Shown here: positions 28,956 to 64,000 of the stretch, piece by piece
How the letters are laid out: each line of letters begins with the position of its first letter
How positions within the stretch are numbered: the first letter of the stretch is position 1
Assembly (NCBI GenBank): GCA_965153355.1
Contig: OZ231126.1
Coordinates: 26,598,001 to 26,662,000, forward strand
DNA: 64,000 bases
Origin: Flaccisagitta enflata
Lineage: Eukaryota
Reading direction: 5' to 3'
Program-made: the position numbers and the translations under genes
Notes under the pieces: model-generated
The model's database searches: none
What the model was told of the DNA's origin: nothing
Seen by the model: only the letters and a program-made list of their open reading frames with translations

Positions 28956-29853
28956 CAGTAGATGTCGTCTAGGCTTGGAAATACGGGGGAATTCATTACA
29001 GGAAAACAAATATACATAAGAGACTGATGTTTGGAAAAAAAGGATGTTTCATTGCCTATGAATGTTGGCTGCCATATTTCCATGTATTGATGCTAAAGTA
29101 TCAATATTTTGAGAAATTTTTTGAGGGAACATTATTTAAAATAGAATTTGCTACAACTTTCCCACAATATGTTTTGTAAGAATATTTCCGGTTTAGTGGT
29201 TGCTAGGGAGCGTAACTATGTGTGACAGCCCTATGATGCTCCCTAGCAATTGCCAAACAAGCGATATTCTTACAGAACATATTGCGGAAAAGTTGTAGCA
29301 AATTTTACATTAAAAAATGTTCCCTCATAAAATTTTTCAAAATATTGATACTTTAGCGTGAATACATGGAAATGTGTTTCCATGGCAACCAACACCCATG
29401 GGCAATAAAGCACTTTTATTACCGTATTTCCTTTAATTAGCGCCCCTCCTCTAATTAGCGCCCCCCCTCTCTTGAGAAAAAAAATCTGATTTATAATATA
29501 CTTTTTAGTCATTTTTAGTTTTCTAAAAATCAAGTTATTGATGTTTTCTTTTATCTTTTTGGCTTGTTTACCTACCGTGTTTTTCTATCTTTCTGCTGAA
29601 TGCTTATTTTATATCCGTTTTACCCAATATTTTCTGTTTTTATTTCTCTTTTAATATTTCATTCTTTTTCTGACACTGTAGAGGGGGCGCTAATTAGAGG
29701 GTAGAAAAGGCAATATCATTTTTCAATTTCAAAGCGCCCCGGGCACTAATTAGAGGAAATAGGATAGTTTATATTCCAAATATCAGTCTTTTAAGTTTAT
29801 TCGTCTTCCTGTAATGATTTCCCTGTATTTCCAAATTTAGAACACATCTACTG
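28956..29853. mobile_element. Palindromic TA-flanked MITE with a nested second element (29422-29764, CCGTATTTCC terminus)
   Basis: TA|CAGTAGATG..CATCTACTG|TA; inner TA|CCGTATTTCCTTTAATTAGCGCCC..GGGCACTAATTAGAGGAAATAGGA|TA. Confidence 0.8.
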
Positions 29854-30052
29854 TATAACTAGCCATCCAAGGATCATCCCCCCCTCCCTTTGACCCCTCA
29901 GGCCTCAAATCTGGCCTCTCAGGCCTCAAATCTGGCCTCTCAGGCCTCAAACTAGACCTCTCAGGCCTACATTCTGGCCTCTCAGGCCTCAAATCTAGCC
30001 TCTTAGGCCTCAAATTTGGCCTCTCAGGCCTTTTATCTGGCCTCTCAGGCCT

Positions 30053-30660
30053 CACCGTCCATTCAAACTACCGCCCGGTGGTTTTAAGTATTACTCTAAA
30101 TTTCCCGCTTGTTTTTACTCGGGATGGACTTCCTGAACTAGGATCCAGCTTCAAAGAAATCTTTCTTGTGGCGCCTTTTGAAAAAAATAAAAAATTGATA
30201 ATATTTCATCCTGTATTGCACCAAGATTTTAGAGAATAGGTAGACAACCTTTTTTTTTTTTAGATGGCATATTTGAATTCCTGATGAAATTTCCTTTCAT
30301 TTGATAGGTTGCACTATATATTTTTCAAAAGAGATCAAATTTTCAATTTTTTAGCCACCATTACTTTTTATAGCGGTGGCTTGAAAATTAAGAATTTTAT
30401 TTCTTTTTAAAAATATTTAGTGCGACCTATCAAAAGAAAGGAAATTTTATCTGAGAAACTAGTGTCATATCTAAAGATATTCTAACAGCCCTAAAAATTC
30501 TGATTTCCAAAATAATTGAAAAACTTAATCATTTTTTTCAAAAGAAGCACTACAAGAAAGATTATTTTGACCTAGTTCTTGTTCAGGAGGTCCCATATTG
30601 GCCGTGTCAAGCGGAAAATCCCAAGTATGCTGAAAACCTGCTGGCGGTGAATTTGAGGCA
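30053..30660. mobile_element. Second, diverged copy of the palindromic CAC-terminated element at 39971, inserted in a family-B repeat
   Basis: caccgtccattcaaactaccgcc..; internal sequence shared with 39971-40585. Confidence 0.75.
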
Positions 30661-32700
30661 TCTCTGGCCTTTATCTGGCCTCTCAGGCCTCAAATCTGGC
30701 CTCTTGGGCCTCAAATCCAACCTCTTGCCTCAAATTAGGCCTCTCAAGCCTCAAATCAGCTATCTGATCCATAAGTCAGTTCTCTATGGCCTTCCAACCC
30801 TTGATCCAGCTCTTTCAAGCCTCAAGTCAGCCCATTCAAGTCCCCAACTGGCTTTCTGGTCTTACATCAGCCATATGGACGGATGGATGTATGAACGGAC
30901 AAACAAAAGTCCCCTTGTGTTCTAAAGGACTTTGTCCCCTTCGGGGCTGCTGCCCTGCCTCCCCTCACTCAAATTCACAATCATGCACAGCAGGGCAACG
31001 GGTATCGCTGACCACATATTGCTCTTGGGCGACCTGTTGTCCAAGTGGTGTATATCAGACCCCAAATCAGGCGAGGCAGACACCAATTCAGGTCTGTCAT
31101 ACCCTAACTCAGGCCTACAAAACCCCCACTTTGGCCCCTCAAACCGCGACTCAGGCCTCTCAGACCAGAAATCAGGCTTCTCAGACCATAATTCAAGCCT
31201 CTCAAACCTGATTCTGGCCTCCCAGACCCTAATTCAGGCCTCCCAGACCCAACTCAGGCCTTTAAGACCCTAACCAGTTGCTCAAAGGCAATATGTGGTC
31301 AGCGGTACCCTTTGGCGTGCTATGCATGATCGTAAGTGTGTTTGTGAGGAAGTAAGGCCTGAAGGGGACAAAGTCCTTTAGAACACAGGGGGACTTTATC
31401 CCTCCTGCCTGAAAGAATTGGTGAGGCTCTAGAACTGATTGAGGGTCTTTGATGGTGTGAAGGCTCCTTCAAGGCTGTTTCTGGGTCTAAGAGGGCAGAT
31501 TTGAGGCCTAGCTGGGCTGATTTGAGAGGGCTGATTTGAGGTGAGAGACCATGGATTGAAGGTCTGATAGGCTGGATCAAATGCTTGAAAAAGCTATGAG
31601 GCCCTGAGAGGGCTGCTTTGAGGCCTGAGAGATCTAAGAGGGCTGATTTTGAGCCTTGATGGGCAAATTTCGGGCCTGTGAGAACTGATTTTAGGCTAGA
31701 GATGGCTGATTCAAGGCCCAAGAGGGCTGATTTGAGGTTCTGAGAGACTAATTTGAGGCCTGGGAGGTTTATGAGGGCTGATTTTGGACCATAGTGCCAA
31801 AAGGACCAATGTTAGGTCTCAGGGAGCTGATCTGAGTCCTAATTAGGTAGATAAGAGGCTTGAACGAAGGGGGGATGAATTAATTAATGAATGAATGAAC
31901 AAACAATCAAACAAACATACAAACAAACAAACATACAACAAACAAACGAATGACTAAACAAACAAACAAACAAATAAACAAACAAACGAACAAACAAATG
32001 AACAAACAAACAAACAAGCAAACAAACAAATGAACAAGAAAACTATTTAAAGTCCCTCTGTGTTCTCTCAGGCTACCAGTACCTGAAATCAGGTCCTTCA
32101 GACCCCAAATTGATCCTCTCAGACTATAACTCAGAAAATTGGCTGAAATCCTAGCTATGAGGCTCAAATCCCAGCCTGATTGCCCAAATCCTAGCCTGGG
32201 TGCCCAAATCCTAGCCTCAAGGTCCAAATCTCAGTCCCCATTTTAACTTCAAAGCCCAAATCCCAAGCTCTAGGCCTCAATTCTAGCCTTAGAGCCCAAA
32301 GCTCACCCCCTAAACCCATACTTCACCTTTCATATTCACACACACTGAAGAAGCACAGGTCATCGGCCCATTCACGGCCCCTCACACTCACACCAACTCA
32401 CATAGGGGCAACGGGTACCGCTGACCATCTAACGCTTTTGTGATTATTATGTACAGCATGGGATTTCTTTTTTATCACTGCCCCTGCCTACCCATTTGGG
32501 TAGCCGTGTATCCGGCCTTGTTTAACTAAGCGGCATCTTCGCCCGATGGGTTTTGGGTTGGATATACGTTAGGGTAAGGGTTAAAGGTGAGGTTAGGGGA
32601 GAGGAAAGGGTTTAGGGTGGGGTTAAGGGCAGGGTAGGAGTACTAGGAGTAGAATAGATCTTGTGATCTGATGCTCTCACACATAAGATGAATATGTATG

Positions 32701-32809
<109 letters not shown>

Positions 32810-33214
32810 CGTGTGTTTTATATCAGCATTGCTCGCCTAGCAGACAAACCAATAACAACAATGAATCAGTCATTTGATTTTGAGACTGCCACAGATTTTG
32901 AGAATTTTCACTCTCTTCTTTCGTTCCTAGCTTCCCTATTTAGCTAAGTATGGATCATGGACTAGGTTTCATCGATTTTTTTACAAAATCCCTGATTTCT
33001 AGGAACCATCATAATTCATAAATGGGACCTACAAGAACACATCAATATCCTTGCTTTTCTTGATTTGATTTGGATAAATCTTTAGAAGTGAAGAAATAAC
33101 ATCGCAGACGTGTGTGACTCATCAAGTGTAAATGTATTTTCAATCAATAAATAATTTTCCCATCAATTAGGCCAATCCAATGAAACGATGGTAAAGAGGG
33201 TCATTTATTTCAAA

Positions 33215-33815
33215 TAACTATGGCAAAGAAAAAAAGCGAACACTTTGTTTTGCTAGTTTCTGCTCAACTATGGGCCTGAACCATAGAAAATCCATGACCG
33301 TTTTAAAGCTCTGCAAAAAATCTTCCAAATGCGACGTTGCTGGTCATTGTAGCTTTATTCGTTTAGAAATGGCAATGGTTTGAAGAAAAAAATCGCCGAT
33401 TGAAAAAAGTGCTTATTTCAACTTTTTTTCCAATGAGCGATTTTAGTCTTTCCGTTTTTGTCAATAATGCAGCTCAGGATTGTCTTAGCTGCTCGTTATC
33501 CATGAGCAAATTAAAGAGCTTCAAATTTTCTTTAAAATGGCGCCAAGAATGATTTTTTAACTCAATTTGTTTAGTTTTTATGTTAGAATAAAGATAACCC
33601 ATGAAAGTGGCGTAATGAATTTCCAAATTCTTGACAACCTGTCTTCATTCTAATGCCATTTCTAAACGGATAAAACTAGAACATCCAGCAAGGTCTCACT
33701 TGAAAGATCTTTCGCAGATCTTTAAAATGGTCATGGATTTTGCTATGTTTTTCTCATTGCTTGTATGTGAAACATTGACAAACAAGTTGTTCGCTTTTTT
33801 TTTTTGCCATAGTTA
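33215..33815. mobile_element. TIR element ~0.75 kb downstream of the pb stop codon
   Basis: TAACTATGGCAAAGAAAAAAAGCGAACA / TGTTCGCTTTTTTTTTTTGCCATAGTTA. Confidence 0.7.
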
Positions 33816-34565
33816 GAGAAATAGTACAAATAAAATAATGCATTACCTCGTTAACTCGTAAACAAATCGGTGTATAAATTACGGGGTTCTTCCTTTGTCA
33901 AAGACTAGTGTGCAACGCGCATTCATTTTACGACTTAATAAATTAGTCAACAATTTAGTAATCTAATGATTTTATAATCAAATAAATAGTCTTCCCTTCG
34001 AAAGAAATGGAATAAATAAGAGGGACTGTGATCGATCGTGAAGTAAACAAAACGAATGAGATCCAAAGACAATTTGCTCTTCCAACAGGAATCACGACAG
34101 CAAAAAAAAAGACAAAAAAAAAGAAATGGTCAATTACATTAAATGGCATGAAAATGGAAATTTTCAAAATGAGAATGTGAATCCAACGTAGCAAAGGGAA
34201 TGAGAGAAGTAGGGATAGAGAAAATGCATTTGGGGGTTATCATCACTGAAATAACAATCAAAGAAACAATGCCGGAGGGGAAATTCGGTTGTTCGCGCGG
34301 TTTTCTCTTTGTATCTCTTTTAGCCCCTTTTTTTTTGGGGGGGGGGGGGGGAATTAGGTCGATTTCAGTAGAAGGGTAGGGACGCATATCCTCCACTTTT
34401 GGTTTGGGCAGGAACAGTAAGAAGAATGTGGCAAAATCTGGGGCAGGATTTACTGACCAAAGGGACAAAAAAAGATAAATTAATGATAAATAAAGCAGTC
34501 ACATAATAACTCCAATTCTGTGGAAAACGCGTTATTTTTTCCTGCCCACTTAACAAAATTACTTT

Positions 34566-63044
<28,479 letters not shown>

Positions 63045-64000
63045 GGCGTTAAAATCAGGCGCCGCCGACGAGACGGCGACAGCGAGAGAATCGTGCCAAC
63101 GTCTTAATCACCGACTTTTGACTTTTTGTTTTTTTGTTTTATTTTTCTATGAAATCAATTTGTGTTCAAGTATGACGAGAATTTCCGAGACTAGGGATTC
63201 TACTCAAGGATCGCTCTTCTTCCAATTTTTGTGTGTGTTCCAAATCTTCTTGTTGTGTACGACGTAAAAAATGATTCATTGGACTTCACGAGTAAGTCCA
63301 ACAATAAGGTCTCAGAAAATTGTAGATAATGCTTTCGGTCTGACGAATGTCAGTTACGTCACATGATCTCCTCTACTCCTTAATAATGATTAATGAATAA
63401 TGGTGATAATGAAGCGGGGCGATTCATTTATGTAATTGACGTCGTAGTCTGGTAGATATTATCGAAGGTACAGACGCCAGGTTGAAGATGGAGGATGGCA
63501 GAATTTCTCCGTTGGCTTTCCACCAAAGTTTTCGATCCTTTACGATTAATTCCGAAATGACCTGAAATGACGACGTTCTACTTAGTGACTTTTTCTTTCT
63601 TTCGTTGTTCTTGATAATTCGAATATGTGGTTTTTCTTTAACTGTATTGCACTCCAGATGGAAAAAATGTTGCGCGAAGCTGAAATCTGCGAGATAAAAA
63701 GAGAAATATATGAATTCCTTTCCTCATGACATTTATAATTGTAAATTTTAGTACAATCTATCCAATTCGTGAATATGGGTCAGTGGTTTTTTTATTCTTC
63801 CCTCTTTTTCCAACCTCTTGTTTTTTGTTGTTTTTTTTCTTCTCTTATTTCCCATTTGTTTCTTTTTTTTTTCAGGCCTAAATAATGACATTTACGGAAA
63901 AGAGCGATTCAAAGAATGATTTTTTTTTTAATCTAAAAAAAAGTCAAATGCGATTTTTTTTGTTAAATGCCAGCGAAAGAAAAAAACAACTTGTCTCGAT

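Noticed and set aside
33190-34565. pb polyadenylation site
   Set aside because: Minus-strand AATAAA candidates (~33204, ~33354) exist but cannot be distinguished without 3'-end data.

Overview
Repeat-rich animal (protostome-type, probably arthropod) genomic DNA. The one well-supported protein-coding gene is the Hox gene proboscipedia (pb, Hox paralogy group 2) on the minus strand, ~63044 to 34566. I reconstructed it by hand from GT-AG boundaries with matching phases as 8 coding exons: 62939-63044, 61190-61298, 60835-60904, 59640-60561, 58400-58765 (YPWM hexapeptide), 39374-39493 (frame-neutral Gly-rich linker exon), 38259-38407 and 34566-37292 (homeodomain split between Q44 and V45). The predicted protein is ~1522 aa, or 1482 aa without the linker exon. 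The rest is microsatellites, minisatellites and deeply nested non-autonomous DNA elements: two Helentron/DINE-1-like (HINE) families, TA-flanked palindromic MITEs, hAT-, Harbinger- and Chapaev-like MITEs, and a TIR element carrying a ~2.1-kb 30-bp satellite. A 6.1-kb TIR structure has tRNA-like arms and encloses a decayed RGG-rich ORF. Nearly all other ORFs in the track are translated simple repeats. Repeat boundaries were read by eye; family assignments rest on terminal structure only.
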